From positions 3,837-67,836 of the forward strand of contig CAYSEX010000003.1 in assembly GCA_964430305.1 (NCBI GenBank): a stretch of DNA of 64,000 nucleotides. The letters run 5' to 3'. This DNA is from an uncultured Chryseobacterium sp. GTDB taxonomy: Bacteria; Bacteroidota; Bacteroidia; Flavobacteriales_D; Sanyastnellaceae. Under the pieces are notes generated by a model. It was not told the origin of the DNA, did not search any database, and saw only the letters and a list, made by a program, of their open reading frames with translations. How positions within the stretch are numbered: the stretch's first letter is position 1; every line of letters begins with the position of its first letter. Positions 19,155 to 32,208 of the stretch are shown piece after piece. A program made the position numbers and the translations under genes.

Positions 19155-19721
19155 TTATGTTGTTAATTTCTTCACGAATACTGCTGGATTTCCAGCCCAA
19201 ATTTCATTCTCAGGAATGGACACTCGCACAACACTTCCGGCCCCTACAACACTATTTTTTCCAATAGTAACCCCTTTCAAAATAATGGAATGAGCGCCAA
19301 TGAATGCGTTCGATTCAATGCGAATGGGTTTATTTTTATAATTGGTATTCGGATCAATTTTGCGTTGTTCTGAATTGATGGGGTGAAAGTCAGTATCCCA
19401 AATGCAGCATCCTCCGCCTATCATCACTCCGTTTTCAATAATAATCTCCTCCCTGCAGCAGATAGTGGAATTGCTCATGGCAACTCGGTCACCGATTTCT
19501 AAATTTCCATTTGGACCAATCATGATACTTGAAGAGGTTGCACCCCCAATGATATTCGCATAGCGATTCGAGTTCACCACGATTCCTTTACCCAATTTTA
19601 TTTTTCCTTGATTACGGATGAATAGAAATCCGTATGATTGTATACAGAATGGATTAATTCCATTGAGCATCCACCACATGGTGTTCAAAGGCAAATAGAA
19701 AATGTAGAGTAAGGTTTTCAT
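19155..19721 (-). CDS. Hexapeptide-repeat (left-handed beta-helix) O-acetyltransferase, WcaF/LacA-like
   Basis: It has LbH repeats (IGDRVAMSNSTI, IENGVMIGGGCCIWDTDFH, IGAHSIILKGVTIGKNSVVGAGSVV). Its start overlaps fcl by 4 bp. Confidence 0.75.
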   Translation of the reverse strand: MKTLLYIFYLPLNTMWWMLNGINPFCIQSYGFLFIRNQGKIKLGKGIVVNSNRYANIIGGATSSSIMIGPNGNLEIGDRVAMSNSTICCREEIIIENGVMIGGGCCIWDTDFHPINSEQRKIDPNTNYKNKPIRIESNAFIGAHSIILKGVTIGKNSVVGAGSVVRVSIPENEIWAGNPAVFVKKLTT

Positions 19722-20764
19722 TTGTGTTGATTCAAATACCAGTGAATTAACCTTTGAATACCCTCTTGTAAATGAACAGCATGCTGAAAACCGAGTGATT
19801 TCAATTTCGAGATGTCTGTAAGTTTTCTAGGTGTTCCATCTGGCTTGCTAGAATTGAAAACAATTTCCCCACTGAAACCAACTTCAGTTGCTATGAGTTG
19901 GGCTAAAGCCGATATTGAGATTTCCTCGCCAGTTCCAATGTTTATGTGTGTATTACGAACCTCATTACCTTCAATAAGATCTGAAAACTGCACCTTTTCC
20001 ATGATATGCACACATGCTGCGGCCATGTCATCAGACCACATAAATTCGCGCAATGGGGTTCCTGTTCCCCAAATCTCTACGGCATGCGCATTTACTCCGT
20101 ATTGATTTAAATAGTTTAAAGCGTCATTTTGATTTCCAATTTTTAAATCATTGAAAATAAAATTCCAATTTTCATCTTGCAACGCTTTTGCAAGAATCAT
20201 TTTTCGAATGAGCGCTGGTAGCACGTGCGATTTTTCTAAATCGAAATTGTCACCAAGGCCATATAAATTGGTGGGCATAACCGATATGAAATTGGTTCCG
20301 TATTGTAGGTTATAGCTTTCGCATAATTTGATACCAGCAATTTTAGCAATGGCATACGGTTCATTGGAATATTCAAGTGGACCAGTAAGAAGTTCAGATT
20401 CAGAGATGGGCTGATTCGCCATTTTCGGATATATACAGGTGCTTCCTAAGAAAAGTAATTTCTTGACATTATGCGCATACGAAGCATGAATGACATTGTT
20501 TTGGATTGTTAAATTTTCGTAGAGGAAATCTGCTCTGTAGGTGTTATTGGCTACAATTCCTCCCACTTTAGCCGCTGCCAGAAATACATATTCCGGCTTT
20601 TCTAAAGCATAGAATGCGTTTACGGCCTCAGCGTTCAGCAAATCCAATTCCGATCTAGTGCGCGTGATAAGATTCGAATATCCTTTCGCTTCGAGATGCC
20701 GGAGTAAAGCACTTCCAACCAACCCCCGATGCCCGGCAATGAATATTTTAGAATTGAATTCCAT
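19718..20764 (-). CDS. fcl: GDP-L-fucose synthase (GDP-4-keto-6-deoxy-D-mannose epimerase/reductase)
   Basis: It has the IFIAGHRGLVGSAL Rossmann motif, an SDR YxxxK (YAIAKIAG), and sits directly after gmd. Confidence 0.9.
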   Translation of the reverse strand: MEFNSKIFIAGHRGLVGSALLRHLEAKGYSNLITRTRSELDLLNAEAVNAFYALEKPEYVFLAAAKVGGIVANNTYRADFLYENLTIQNNVIHASYAHNVKKLLFLGSTCIYPKMANQPISESELLTGPLEYSNEPYAIAKIAGIKLCESYNLQYGTNFISVMPTNLYGLGDNFDLEKSHVLPALIRKMILAKALQDENWNFIFNDLKIGNQNDALNYLNQYGVNAHAVEIWGTGTPLREFMWSDDMAAACVHIMEKVQFSDLIEGNEVRNTHINIGTGEEISISALAQLIATEVGFSGEIVFNSSKPDGTPRKLTDISKLKSLGFQHAVHLQEGIQRLIHWYLNQHK

Positions 20765-21882
20765 TACTCAAAACTGTTGAAAATCTGATGACCGTGTTCT
20801 GAAAGTAGTTTTTCTTTTTTCATCAACTGTAAGTCGGCTTGCATCATCTCCTTCACGAGTTCTGTTAAACTTGTTTTCGCAACCCAACCCAATTTTTCTT
20901 TTGCCTTTGTGGGATCACCGATCAATAAATCAACTTCAGTAGGTCTGTAATACTTGGGGTCTACTTGAATGACAATTTGTCCAACGGGCAGTTGATATTC
21001 ACCTGTGCAAGCCGCAATTCGTCCCACTTCATTTTCATTTTCGCCTTCAAATGAGAGTGTTACGCCTAGTTCGGCGAAAGCCATTTCAACAAAACGTCTA
21101 ACTGTAGAGGTTTTTCCAGTGGCAATGACCCAATCTTCTGCTTTTTCTTGCTGTAAAATTAACCACATGGCTTCTACGTAATCTTTCGCATGCCCCCAAT
21201 CGCGCTGTGCATTTAAGTTTCCTAAATACAATTTATCCTGCAATCCCAGCGCAATTTTCGCAGCTGCTCTTGTAATTTTTCGAGTGACAAAAGTTTCACC
21301 TCTCAAAGGCGATTCATGATTGAATAAGATACCGTTGCATGCAAAAAGATTGTAGGCTTCTCGGTAATTGACCGTAGACCAGAAAGCATACAGTTTAGCA
21401 ACTGCGTATGGTGAGCGAGGGTAGAAGGGGGTAGTTTCCGATTGCGGAACGGCCTGTACCTTCCCATACAATTCAGAGGTTGAAGCTTGATATATTTTTG
21501 TTTTCGATTGCAAACCTAACAAACGAACTGCTTCAAGAATGCGCAAAGTTCCGAGTCCATCTGCATTGCCTGTGTATTCTGGTGTTTCGAAAGAAACATG
21601 AACGTGGCTCATTGCAGCAAGATTGTAAATTTCGTCGGGTTGAATTTCTTGAATAAGGCGAATTAAATTCGAACTGTCTGTTAAGTCGCCGTAGTGTAGA
21701 ATAAAATTTCTATTTGAAACGTGTGGGTCTTGGTATAGGTGGTCTATGCGTTCGGTATTGAATAAAGAAGATCTTCTTTTCATACCGTGTACAATGTAAT
21801 TTTTACTCAGAAGTAATTCACTGAGATAAGCACCATCTTGACCATTAACGCCCGTAATGAGTGCAACTTTTTGATACGTCAT
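20764..21882 (-). CDS. gmd: GDP-mannose 4,6-dehydratase
   Basis: It has [26 protein letters not shown] and [10 protein letters not shown], at the typical length of 372 aa. Confidence 0.95.
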   Translation of the reverse strand: MTYQKVALITGVNGQDGAYLSELLLSKNYIVHGMKRRSSLFNTERIDHLYQDPHVSNRNFILHYGDLTDSSNLIRLIQEIQPDEIYNLAAMSHVHVSFETPEYTGNADGLGTLRILEAVRLLGLQSKTKIYQASTSELYGKVQAVPQSETTPFYPRSPYAVAKLYAFWSTVNYREAYNLFACNGILFNHESPLRGETFVTRKITRAAAKIALGLQDKLYLGNLNAQRDWGHAKDYVEAMWLILQQEKAEDWVIATGKTSTVRRFVEMAFAELGVTLSFEGENENEVGRIAACTGEYQLPVGQIVIQVDPKYYRPTEVDLLIGDPTKAKEKLGWVAKTSLTELVKEMMQADLQLMKKEKLLSEHGHQIFNSFE

Positions 21883-21885
21883 GGC

Positions 21886-22272
21886 TTAATTTAATGCGTG
21901 ATCTGCAAATAATTTAAACTCGGGTACATGTGCAGCGAACGTAGACTGTTCACCTCTGATTTGCATGCTGTAATACCCAATCATGGTTCCAAATGGAGAC
22001 ATAAGGTCACAGGCGGAGGTGTACGAAAATGATGAACCGGGTTCAATGATTGGTTGTTCACCAATAACACCAGGACCCTCAATTTCTCTGTTTACACCTG
22101 CGGCGTCTGCAACAAACCAGTGCCTGCGCAACAATTGAACTGGGAACTCATTTTGGTTTTCAATGGTTACCATATAGGAAAAGATGAAGTTGTTATTTGA
22201 AATGGAACTCAAAGCTTTTTCAAACTTTGCTTGAACCATTACTTTAACTCCTGATGTAACTGCAACAACCAT
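21886..22272 (-). CDS. apaG: ApaG (DUF525) protein
   Basis: It has FIFSYMVTIENQNEFPVQLLRRHWFVADAAG...EGPGVIGEQPIIEPG..F.YTS and is 128 aa long. Confidence 0.85.
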   Translation of the reverse strand: MVVAVTSGVKVMVQAKFEKALSSISNNNFIFSYMVTIENQNEFPVQLLRRHWFVADAAGVNREIEGPGVIGEQPIIEPGSSFSYTSACDLMSPFGTMIGYYSMQIRGEQSTFAAHVPEFKLFADHALN

Positions 22273-22321
22273 GTAGCGAATATAGTTAATAAACGCAACA
22301 GATTGTTAATAACCCCAAAAA

Positions 22322-24133
22322 TTATTGCTGAGTGAACTGTTTCGCAAACCGCTTTCTATCGTTTTCGTTCAAATAAATCTTACGTAAGCGAATAGATTTC
22401 GGAGTTACTTCAACGTATTCATCAGGACCAATGTATTCAAGAGCTTCTTCCAATGTGAATTTAATTGGTGGAGCCATAACTGTTTTTGCGTCGGACCCTG
22501 AAGCACGCATATTCGTTAACTGCTTGGTTTTTGTAACATTCACAACAAGGTCATTGTCTCTGGAGTGTTCACCAATTACTTGACCTTCGTATACTTCTTC
22601 CATTGCCTCAACAAAGAACTTTCCTCTGTCTTGAAGATTTGAAATACTGTAGGCAATGGCGTTTCCTGTTTCCATGCAGATGAGCGATCCATTTAAACGG
22701 CCAGGAATCTCATCGCGCATAGGTTGGTATTCTTTGAATCGGTGGGTCATAATGGCCTCACCCTGTGTAGCAGTCAGCAAATAACTACGAAGACCAATGA
22801 TACCGCGCGAAGGAATTTCAAATTCAATTACTGTACGATCATCTTTCGGCTCCATGTTTTTCATTTCACCCTTACGCTTCGAAACGGCTTCAATTGCGGT
22901 ACCGGCCATATCGGTGGGTAAATCAATGGTCAACTCTTCAATGGGTTCAGATTTTACGCCGTCAATGTTCTTCAAAATAACACGCGGTTGTCCAATTTGT
23001 AATTCGTATCCTTCTCTGCGCATGGTCTCAATTAGAACGGACAAGTGCAATACACCTCGGCCAAATACATTGAATCGGTCTGCTTTGTCTGTCTCTTGAA
23101 CACGCAGCGCTAGGTTTTTTTCCAATTCTTTTTCTAAACGATCTTTGATGTGACGGCTTGTTACGAATTTACCTTCTTTACCGAAGAAAGGTGAGTCGTT
23201 GATGGTAAATAGCATACTCATGGTAGGCTCGTCAACAGAAATGGTTGGAAGTGGTTCAGGATTTTCGTAATCGGTGAATGTATCACCAATTTCAAAATTT
23301 TCCATTCCATTAATGGCGCAGATGTCACCAGAAACTACAGATTCAACCTTTCTCTTACCCAAACCTTCAAAGACATATAGCTCTTTAATTTTTCCTTTCA
23401 CCATGGAGCCATCACGTTTCGCAAGGGTCACGTTCATGCCGGCTTTCAATTCGCCGCGATGTAGTTTTCCAATGGCCATACGACCCGTATAAGTAGAATA
23501 GTCCAAAGATGTAACCAACATCTGTGGAGTTCCTTCACGTTTAATTGGTGCGGGAATGTGTTCAATAACAAGATCCAATAGAGGTTCAATGGTTTCTGTT
23601 TTCACTTTCCAATCCAAACTCATCCATCCATTTTTTGCAGCCCCGTATGCTGTAGCGAAATCCAACTGATCTTCAGTTGCACCTAAACTGAACATAAGGT
23701 CAAATACTTGTTCATGTACTTCGTCTGGTCTGCAGTTCTCTTTATCTACTTTATTGATAACAACAATGGGTTTTAATCCCATTTGAATGGCTTTCTGAAG
23801 TACGAATCTTGTCTGAGGCATGGGGCCTTCAAACGCGTCAACTAAAAGTAACACACCTTCAGCCATATTTAAAACACGCTCAACTTCTCCTCCGAAGTCA
23901 CTGTGCCCCGGAGTATCAATGATGTTGATCTTGTAATCTTTGTATTGGATAGAAACATTTTTTGCCAAAATGGTAATTCCTCTTTCTCGCTCTAAATCAT
24001 TGTTGTCAAGGATTAAATCATTGTGCACTTCGTTCTCACGGAATAATTTGGCAGCGTGTAGCATTTTGTCTACCAAGGTTGTTTTTCCATGGTCAACGTG
24101 AGCAATGATGGCGATGTTTCTGATCTTTTGCAT
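22322..24133 (-). CDS. typA: Translational GTPase TypA/BipA
   Basis: It has [33 protein letters not shown] and NKVD, at 603 aa. Confidence 0.95.
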   Translation of the reverse strand: MQKIRNIAIIAHVDHGKTTLVDKMLHAAKLFRENEVHNDLILDNNDLERERGITILAKNVSIQYKDYKINIIDTPGHSDFGGEVERVLNMAEGVLLLVDAFEGPMPQTRFVLQKAIQMGLKPIVVINKVDKENCRPDEVHEQVFDLMFSLGATEDQLDFATAYGAAKNGWMSLDWKVKTETIEPLLDLVIEHIPAPIKREGTPQMLVTSLDYSTYTGRMAIGKLHRGELKAGMNVTLAKRDGSMVKGKIKELYVFEGLGKRKVESVVSGDICAINGMENFEIGDTFTDYENPEPLPTISVDEPTMSMLFTINDSPFFGKEGKFVTSRHIKDRLEKELEKNLALRVQETDKADRFNVFGRGVLHLSVLIETMRREGYELQIGQPRVILKNIDGVKSEPIEELTIDLPTDMAGTAIEAVSKRKGEMKNMEPKDDRTVIEFEIPSRGIIGLRSYLLTATQGEAIMTHRFKEYQPMRDEIPGRLNGSLICMETGNAIAYSISNLQDRGKFFVEAMEEVYEGQVIGEHSRDNDLVVNVTKTKQLTNMRASGSDAKTVMAPPIKFTLEEALEYIGPDEYVEVTPKSIRLRKIYLNENDRKRFAKQFTQQ

Positions 24134-24180
24134 GTAAGCTTTTTTTATTTCGGCTGCAAAAGTACGTCAATAAATGCGAA

Positions 24181-24202
24181 AACCCTCTAAAATTAGAGGG
24201 TT
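24181..24202 (-). terminator. Hairpin downstream of tRNA-Met, a weak terminator candidate
   Basis: The stem AACCCTCTA/TAGAGGGTT is 9 bp with a 4-nt loop. The U-tract on the minus strand is short. Confidence 0.35.
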
Positions 24203-24212
24203 TTACGAAATG

Positions 24213-24286
24213 TAGCGAGATTGGGGCTTGAACCCAAGACCTTGCGATTATGAATCGCACGCTCTAACCAGCTGAGCTACCTCGCC
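24213..24286 (-). tRNA. tRNA with anticodon CAT (elongator Met, or Ile2 if lysidine-modified)
   Basis: A manual fold works: acceptor GGCGAGG/TCTCGCT (two G-U pairs), anticodon stem TGCGA/TCGCA with loop TTCATAA, and T-arm TTGGG-TTCAAGC-CCCAA. Confidence 0.85.
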
Positions 24287-24300
24287 ATGAATTCGGGGTG

Positions 24301-24308
24301 CAAATATA
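24301..24308 (-). promoter_or_regulatory. -7 box (TAtaTTTG) upstream of the tRNA with anticodon CAT
   Basis: The reverse complement reads TATATTTG, 14 nt upstream of the tRNA 5' end. Confidence 0.4.
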
Positions 24309-24360
24309 AAACGAATTTTTGTTTTGAAGAACTTTCATGTTGTTAATTTGTTTTCTGAAC

Positions 24361-25825
24361 ATGAAAAAGGCCGTTGTCATAGGAGCAGGTATAGGAGGAA
24401 TTGCCACTGCCATACGGTTGTCGAAACTGGGTTACAAGGTTAGTGTATATGAACAATCATACATGCCAGGTGGTAAATGTACTCAGTTCGAAATGGAAGG
24501 TTTTCGATTCGATAAGGGGCCAAGTTTATTTACGCTTCCTGAGGTCATGCAAGAACTTTTCGATCTCTGCGGTGAGGAAATGAGTGAATATTTTGAATAT
24601 GATCGATTAGACCCCATTTGTAAATACTTTTTTGAAGATGGTTTTGAATTCACCTCATGTGCAAATCTTGAAGATCAGGTCATAAATATGGCTCAAGCCT
24701 TTGAAGAAGATGAGTCAAAGGTTAGAGATTTTTTTCGCGATGCGCAATTCATATATGAAACTACTGCTCCCATATTCATGCATCGTCCTTTGCAATTAAA
24801 GCACCAATGGAAATCAAATACATTCTGGAAGGGGATTTTGAGATTGCCTTTTTTGCCTTTGCGAGGTAATCTTCAACGGCAATTGAGGAAGTATTTCAAG
24901 AATGAAAAAACCATTCAATATTTTTCTCGCTATGCTACCTACAACGGTAGTTCGCCATATGCCACTCCGGCCATGATGCAGTTGATGCCTCATGTTGAGC
25001 ACGGAATTGGAGCCTACATTCCGAAGCGCGGAATGTTTTTCATTCCTTATGAACTATCGAAATTGGCTGAACGCAATGGTGTTGAGTTTCACTATGGAAT
25101 GAGTGTTCGTGAAATTATCATGAACGGAAATAAGGCAAGTGGTGTTCGCTTGTGGGATCAAACAGTTGTTTCAGCTGATTTGATTGTAAGCAATATGGAC
25201 GTTCATGGCACATATAAACAGCTCTTACCTTCAGCAAAGGCTCCCGAGAAATGGTTAAATCAAGAAAAGTCTTCTAGTGCTTTGATTTTTTATTGGGGAA
25301 TGAATCGCACGTTTCATCAATTGAATATTCACAATATTTTTTTCACACGTGATTATAGGTCAGAGTTCAAATGCTTGTTTGAAGATAAAATACTGCATGA
25401 CGACTTAACTGTATACATACACATTACAAGTAAGCATATTGCTTCTGATGCGCCTGAAGGCGGAGAGAATTGGTTCGTGATGGTAAATGCACCTTGTGTG
25501 TCTGATCAAAATTGGGAAAGTCTTGAACAGCAAGCTCGAAAGCACATTGTTGCAAAACTCGAACGCATGCTTCATACTTCTATTGAAGGACATATTGTTT
25601 GTGAACGAATTTGGAATCCAGAAGGTATTCAACGCGATACGTCTTCTCACTTAGGTGCTTTGTATGGCAATGCTTCAAACTCTGCTTATTCGGCTTTTCA
25701 AAGACATGCCAATGTGAGTCATGAAATAAAAAATCTTTATTTTGTGGGTGGAAGTGTTCACCCCGGTGGGGGAGTGCCCTTGGCTATGCTTTCCGCAAAA
25801 ATGGTTGAACAGCATCTTTTAGCTC

Positions 25826-25833
<8 letters not shown>
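24361..25833 (+). CDS. Phytoene desaturase-family carotenoid desaturase (CrtI/CrtD-like)
   Basis: It has an FAD dinucleotide motif (MKKAVVIGAGIGGIATAIRL) and a C-terminal FVGGSVHPGGGVP block. The start was set at M9. Confidence 0.8.
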
Positions 25834-28506
<2,673 letters not shown>

Positions 28507-28509
28507 CTA

Positions 28510-29148
28510 TTAATAGCGTTTGCGTATGTCTTTGTTCCAAAAACCACGAACCATTTTCAACGGCTGAATTCGAAATTTAAGCAAAAGAACGGGTGCGTTG
28601 TAAATGGGCTTTAATTCTTCAGGAGCATTATTGGTATATCGGTATCCAATTCCGCCACCTACAGAGATAAAATAGGTGAGATGTCTGTAGAAGGTTGATG
28701 AGAACTCAGTGAGTTGAATGGGTTCATCGTAATGTCCAGATGAACCATTTTCGTATAAATAGTCACCTTCTACTTTGCCGCTTCCTAGATGAACTGTGGC
28801 GCTCCATTCGTATTTTTTACTGAAGTGAAGAACACGTTCGTAGTACATGCTCCAATAGTTCATTTTTAAATTTGCACTTGTAATGGTATTTGAAATTTCG
28901 TTGAGTGAAGTTGTTTCAACACCATTTGACAGTGAATAGTAACCAATTCCAAATCTGTTCACACGTCGTATTTCAACTCCAGCACGAATTCCACCTAATC
29001 GAGCGCCCTGGCTACTGACTAGGGTCTGCCTTCCGTCCAAAACAAATTCGGGTTTAATTAATGGGTAGTCAGATTTATTGGGCTTTTCCTCTTGTGCAAG
29101 GGTAAGGATTGAAACAAGAAAAGAGCAAATAAAAAGAAGGTGTTTCAT
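28510..29148 (-). CDS. Hypothetical secreted or outer-membrane-like protein (212 aa)
   Basis: The signal peptide MKHLLFICSFLVSILTLAQ begins at the internal Met. The longer 259-aa version would overlap the helicase gene. The sequence is beta-rich (GIGYYSL, GGGIGYRY). Confidence 0.5.
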   Translation of the reverse strand: MKHLLFICSFLVSILTLAQEEKPNKSDYPLIKPEFVLDGRQTLVSSQGARLGGIRAGVEIRRVNRFGIGYYSLSNGVETTSLNEISNTITSANLKMNYWSMYYERVLHFSKKYEWSATVHLGSGKVEGDYLYENGSSGHYDEPIQLTEFSSTFYRHLTYFISVGGGIGYRYTNNAPEELKPIYNAPVLLLKFRIQPLKMVRGFWNKDIRKRY

Positions 29149-29203
29149 GCAACAAAAGTAAGAAAGATGAGCAAGAATAAAGAATATAGTCGACCTTTGT
29201 TCT

Positions 29204-30418
29204 ATGACAGAAGCGAAAGCGTTTTCAGATTTAAACTTAAGTCCTTCGGTGGTTGAAGGAATTGAATCCATGGGATTTAAAAAGGCCACTCCAATTCAAG
29301 AACAAGCCATACCCGTTATTTGTGCGGGTAAGGATGTGTTGGGAATTGCACAGACGGGAACAGGAAAAACAGCTGCTTTTTTACTTCCCATTTTATCAAA
29401 AATTATTGAGAAAAAAGATCGGTCTAAAGTTTCGGCTCTCATTGTAGTTCCAACCCGAGAACTTGCTGTTCAAATAGATCAAGCTATTCAAGCATATGCC
29501 TATTTCACAGACATTTCCAGCATGGCTATTTATGGAGGTAGCGACGGAAAGGTTTTCACTCAAGAAAAACATGCGTTAACTTCAGGAACAGACATTATCA
29601 TTGCTACACCAGGGAGGTTGGTGTCACACTTGAATTTGGGATATGTGAATTTTTCTGAATTGGATTATTTAATATTAGACGAAGCCGACCGTATGTTAGA
29701 CATGGGATTTATTCCAGATATTCGTCGCATCATGGGATTTTGTGGTGATCATCGGCAAAACTTATTGTTTTCAGCAACCATGCCTGATACAATTTTTTCA
29801 TTGTCAAGAACCATGTTAAAAGATCCGGTTGTGATTAATATAGCCCTATCAAAGCCACCGAGTAATGTAAAACAAGGGGCTTACGTTGTTTTTCAAGAGC
29901 AAAAGCTTCCCGTATTGTTGTGGTGCATTGAGAATAGAAAGGAAAAAAGTATGGTCATTTTCAGCAGTACCAAACAGGGGGTACTGAAAGTGTATCAATC
30001 GCTGTTGAAGCGGAAGTTGAGCGTGGTCATGATAAGTTCAGATTTAGAACAGATGGAGCGAGAAAAGGCGTTGAATGATTTCCGAAATGGACAAGCAAAG
30101 ATATTAGTGGCTACAGATGTGGTGAGCAGAGGTATTGATATTAAAGGAATTGATGTGGTTATTAATGTTGATGTTCCAGCAGATGCCGAAGATTATGTGC
30201 ACAGAATTGGAAGAACGGGAAGAGCGGAAGCATTTGGAGAGGCGTTTACTTTTGTTGCTCCTGATGATCAAATTAAATTTAAGAAAATTGAAATGTTGAT
30301 TGGAAGTGATGTTGAAAAGTGCAAAATAGATGAACAATTTGGAGTTGTTCCAACTTATGATCCGAAGGTTCAATCCAATAAAAAGAGAAGACCATTCAAA
30401 GGAAAATCAAAGCGATGA
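29204..30418 (+). CDS. DEAD-box ATP-dependent RNA helicase (RhlE-like)
   Basis: It has a Q-motif region (GFKKATPIQ), AQTGTGKT, DEAD, SAT and HRIGRTGR, plus a basic tail. Confidence 0.9.
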   Translation: MTEAKAFSDLNLSPSVVEGIESMGFKKATPIQEQAIPVICAGKDVLGIAQTGTGKTAAFLLPILSKIIEKKDRSKVSALIVVPTRELAVQIDQAIQAYAYFTDISSMAIYGGSDGKVFTQEKHALTSGTDIIIATPGRLVSHLNLGYVNFSELDYLILDEADRMLDMGFIPDIRRIMGFCGDHRQNLLFSATMPDTIFSLSRTMLKDPVVINIALSKPPSNVKQGAYVVFQEQKLPVLLWCIENRKEKSMVIFSSTKQGVLKVYQSLLKRKLSVVMISSDLEQMEREKALNDFRNGQAKILVATDVVSRGIDIKGIDVVINVDVPADAEDYVHRIGRTGRAEAFGEAFTFVAPDDQIKFKKIEMLIGSDVEKCKIDEQFGVVPTYDPKVQSNKKRRPFKGKSKR

Positions 30419-30813
30419 AGAATATTTTTTTTATTTTATTTCTTGCCTGTGCTGCTCATTTGTCTGCACAGCGAGTGCAAAACGATAGCTATAGCACGGT
30501 GGGGTATATTAACTCAGACGGTAGAGTTCAAAGCAGCAGTTATAGTACGTTGGGATACATCAATCAAGATGGCCGAATTCAAGACGCTAGTTACAGAACC
30601 ATTGGGTATTGGGATCATAATGGACGTATTCAAGATGGAAGTTATAGAACCATTGGTTACGTTAACGATGGAAGGGTGCAGGATTCTAATTACAGCACTA
30701 TTGGTTACGTTGAAAACGGTAGAATTCAAAATTCAAGTTATTCTACGGTTGGCCATTATGAAGGTGTTCCCGTTCGCTTTGTAGCAATGGCGTGGTTTTT
30801 CTTTTTCTTTTAA
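30415..30813 (+). CDS. Secreted tandem-repeat protein: about 5.5 repeats of 16-17 aa (SY[SR]T[IVL]GY[IV]N.DGR[IV]Q) with a hydrophobic FFFFF tail
   Basis: It has a signal peptide (MKNIFFILFLACAAHLSAQ). The repeats were read directly from the translation. Its start overlaps the helicase stop codon (ATGA). Confidence 0.6.
   Translation: MKNIFFILFLACAAHLSAQRVQNDSYSTVGYINSDGRVQSSSYSTLGYINQDGRIQDASYRTIGYWDHNGRIQDGSYRTIGYVNDGRVQDSNYSTIGYVENGRIQNSSYSTVGHYEGVPVRFVAMAWFFFFF
30472..30765 (+). repeat. In-frame tandem repeat array of 48-51-bp units
   Basis: There are five full units plus partial units at each end. Units differ mainly at synonymous positions. All three forward/reverse ORFs listed here are open because of the repeat. 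Confidence 0.8.
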
Positions 30814-31220
30814 GGTGTAGCACTAACCCAATGGGATCCGTCTTCATGGAATTCTTTTTTCCAAATCGGAGCAGACTTCTTTAGTTCATTCATAAGCTCT
30901 GCGCACGCAATAAAGGCGTGGTCTCGGTGCGCTGCATACACTGCCGCAATAACAGCACATTCACCAGGAAGTACACGGCCAATTCTGTGATGTAGAACAA
31001 GGGCGTGTAGATCATATTTTTCATGAAGACTTGTTGCAATGCGCTTCATTTCGTTCATAAACAACGTCTCGTACGCTTCAAACTCTAGATAGAGAATTTG
31101 TTTTCCTTTGTTTGGGGAGCGCACTATACCTTCAAAAATAACTTCTGCTCCTGAATCTGCAGATCGAAACGGAGATTCAAAAGTTATACCGGTTGAATAT
31201 AATTGGAATGACGTTTTCAT
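30810..31220 (-). CDS. moaE: Molybdopterin synthase catalytic subunit
   Basis: It has FEGIVRSPNKGK...YLEFEAYE...LVLHHRIGRVLPGECAVIAAVYAAHRDHAF.AC..LMNELKKSAPIWKKE. Confidence 0.9.
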   Translation of the reverse strand: MKTSFQLYSTGITFESPFRSADSGAEVIFEGIVRSPNKGKQILYLEFEAYETLFMNEMKRIATSLHEKYDLHALVLHHRIGRVLPGECAVIAAVYAAHRDHAFIACAELMNELKKSAPIWKKEFHEDGSHWVSATP

Positions 31221-31459
31221 CCGCCGCTTACTGGTGGTATAAGAGCAATATGAACACCTTCATGTTCAATGAGGTCGGTGCCGTTAGCGAATGAATGATT
31301 AATGGCAACCCGAATTGGAGAGTGAACGAACATGGGGAATTTCTCTTTAAATGCTACAACAACATCTTCACATGTAATTCTTGGTTGATTAAATTCAAGC
31401 CAACAAGAAGAACCAATAGATTCTCTGAGCATAGCATATAAGTGAACTTCGATCTTCAT
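31217..31459 (-). CDS. moaD: Molybdopterin synthase sulfur-carrier subunit (ThiS/MoaD fold, C-terminal GG)
   Basis: It is 80 aa, ends in PPVSGG, and overlaps moaE by 4 bp. Confidence 0.85.
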   Translation of the reverse strand: MKIEVHLYAMLRESIGSSCWLEFNQPRITCEDVVVAFKEKFPMFVHSPIRVAINHSFANGTDLIEHEGVHIALIPPVSGG

Positions 31460-31463
31460 TGAC

Positions 31464-32204
31464 TTAGCGAATTAACAACCGAAAAGCAGCGACTACCAAA
31501 ATAACGGACGTAATTATTTTTAAATGGGTGGTATTCATTTTCAATCTTAAAATGGAGTTGCCAATGAATCCGCCAACAATTACAACAGGAACGAGAAGAA
31601 AAAGTGTTGCGTCAAATTCTTCAAAATTGGGTAGGTTTGCCCCCATTGCAACAAATGAATTTACTGCAATGAAAGCTGTTGTAATTGTTGCTGCAGATTT
31701 ATTCTTCGCATATGAAGTGAAGTGTAAGATAGGAGCCAGATAAACACCGCCGCCTATTCCGGTGATACCCGATAAAAATCCGAAAATGCTTGCGAATGGA
31801 TAAATTGAATTCGTGGGGAGATTTGGATTTATTTTATTGAATAACAACGGAAGTAATATGGCAATTGCTGCTAGAAGCAAACCATATCCGAGCCAGATCA
31901 GAAATGTTTCATTTTGAATTTTCAATGACGCAGCAAGAAATGCAAAGGGTGATGAGCAGAGGAGTATCAAGAGAAGTTTTTTCCAAGGGAAAAAAGTATG
32001 ATTAAATCGAGCGAGTTGAATGAATCCGAGAAGCGCAACTGTTCCGTTACAGAGCAGAGCAATGAATTTGAATTGAGGAACAGGTATGGAAAGAGTATAG
32101 AAAGTTCCGCTAAGAATGGCAAGGTAAAGGCTGCCTCCACCAAAACCTGCGGAAGCATATATTAGAGCTACAATAAAGAAACAAATGCATAGAGCAAACC
32201 ACAT
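31464..32204 (-). CDS. TauE/SafE (TSUP) family membrane transporter
   Basis: It is polytopic and has the duplicated motif GFGGGSLYLAIL / GIGGGVYLAPIL. The start was set at the internal Met to avoid overlapping the upstream lipoprotein gene. Confidence 0.75.
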   Translation of the reverse strand: MWFALCICFFIVALIYASAGFGGGSLYLAILSGTFYTLSIPVPQFKFIALLCNGTVALLGFIQLARFNHTFFPWKKLLLILLCSSPFAFLAASLKIQNETFLIWLGYGLLLAAIAILLPLLFNKINPNLPTNSIYPFASIFGFLSGITGIGGGVYLAPILHFTSYAKNKSAATITTAFIAVNSFVAMGANLPNFEEFDATLFLLVPVVIVGGFIGNSILRLKMNTTHLKIITSVILVVAAFRLLIR

Positions 32205-32208
32205 GATC

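Noticed and set aside
30443-30784. Alternative-frame ORFs inside the tandem repeat: 30443..30784 on the plus strand and 30514..30729 on the minus strand.
   Set aside because: They are open only because the underlying DNA is periodic. The frame that begins at 30415 has a signal peptide and a coherent repeat consensus.
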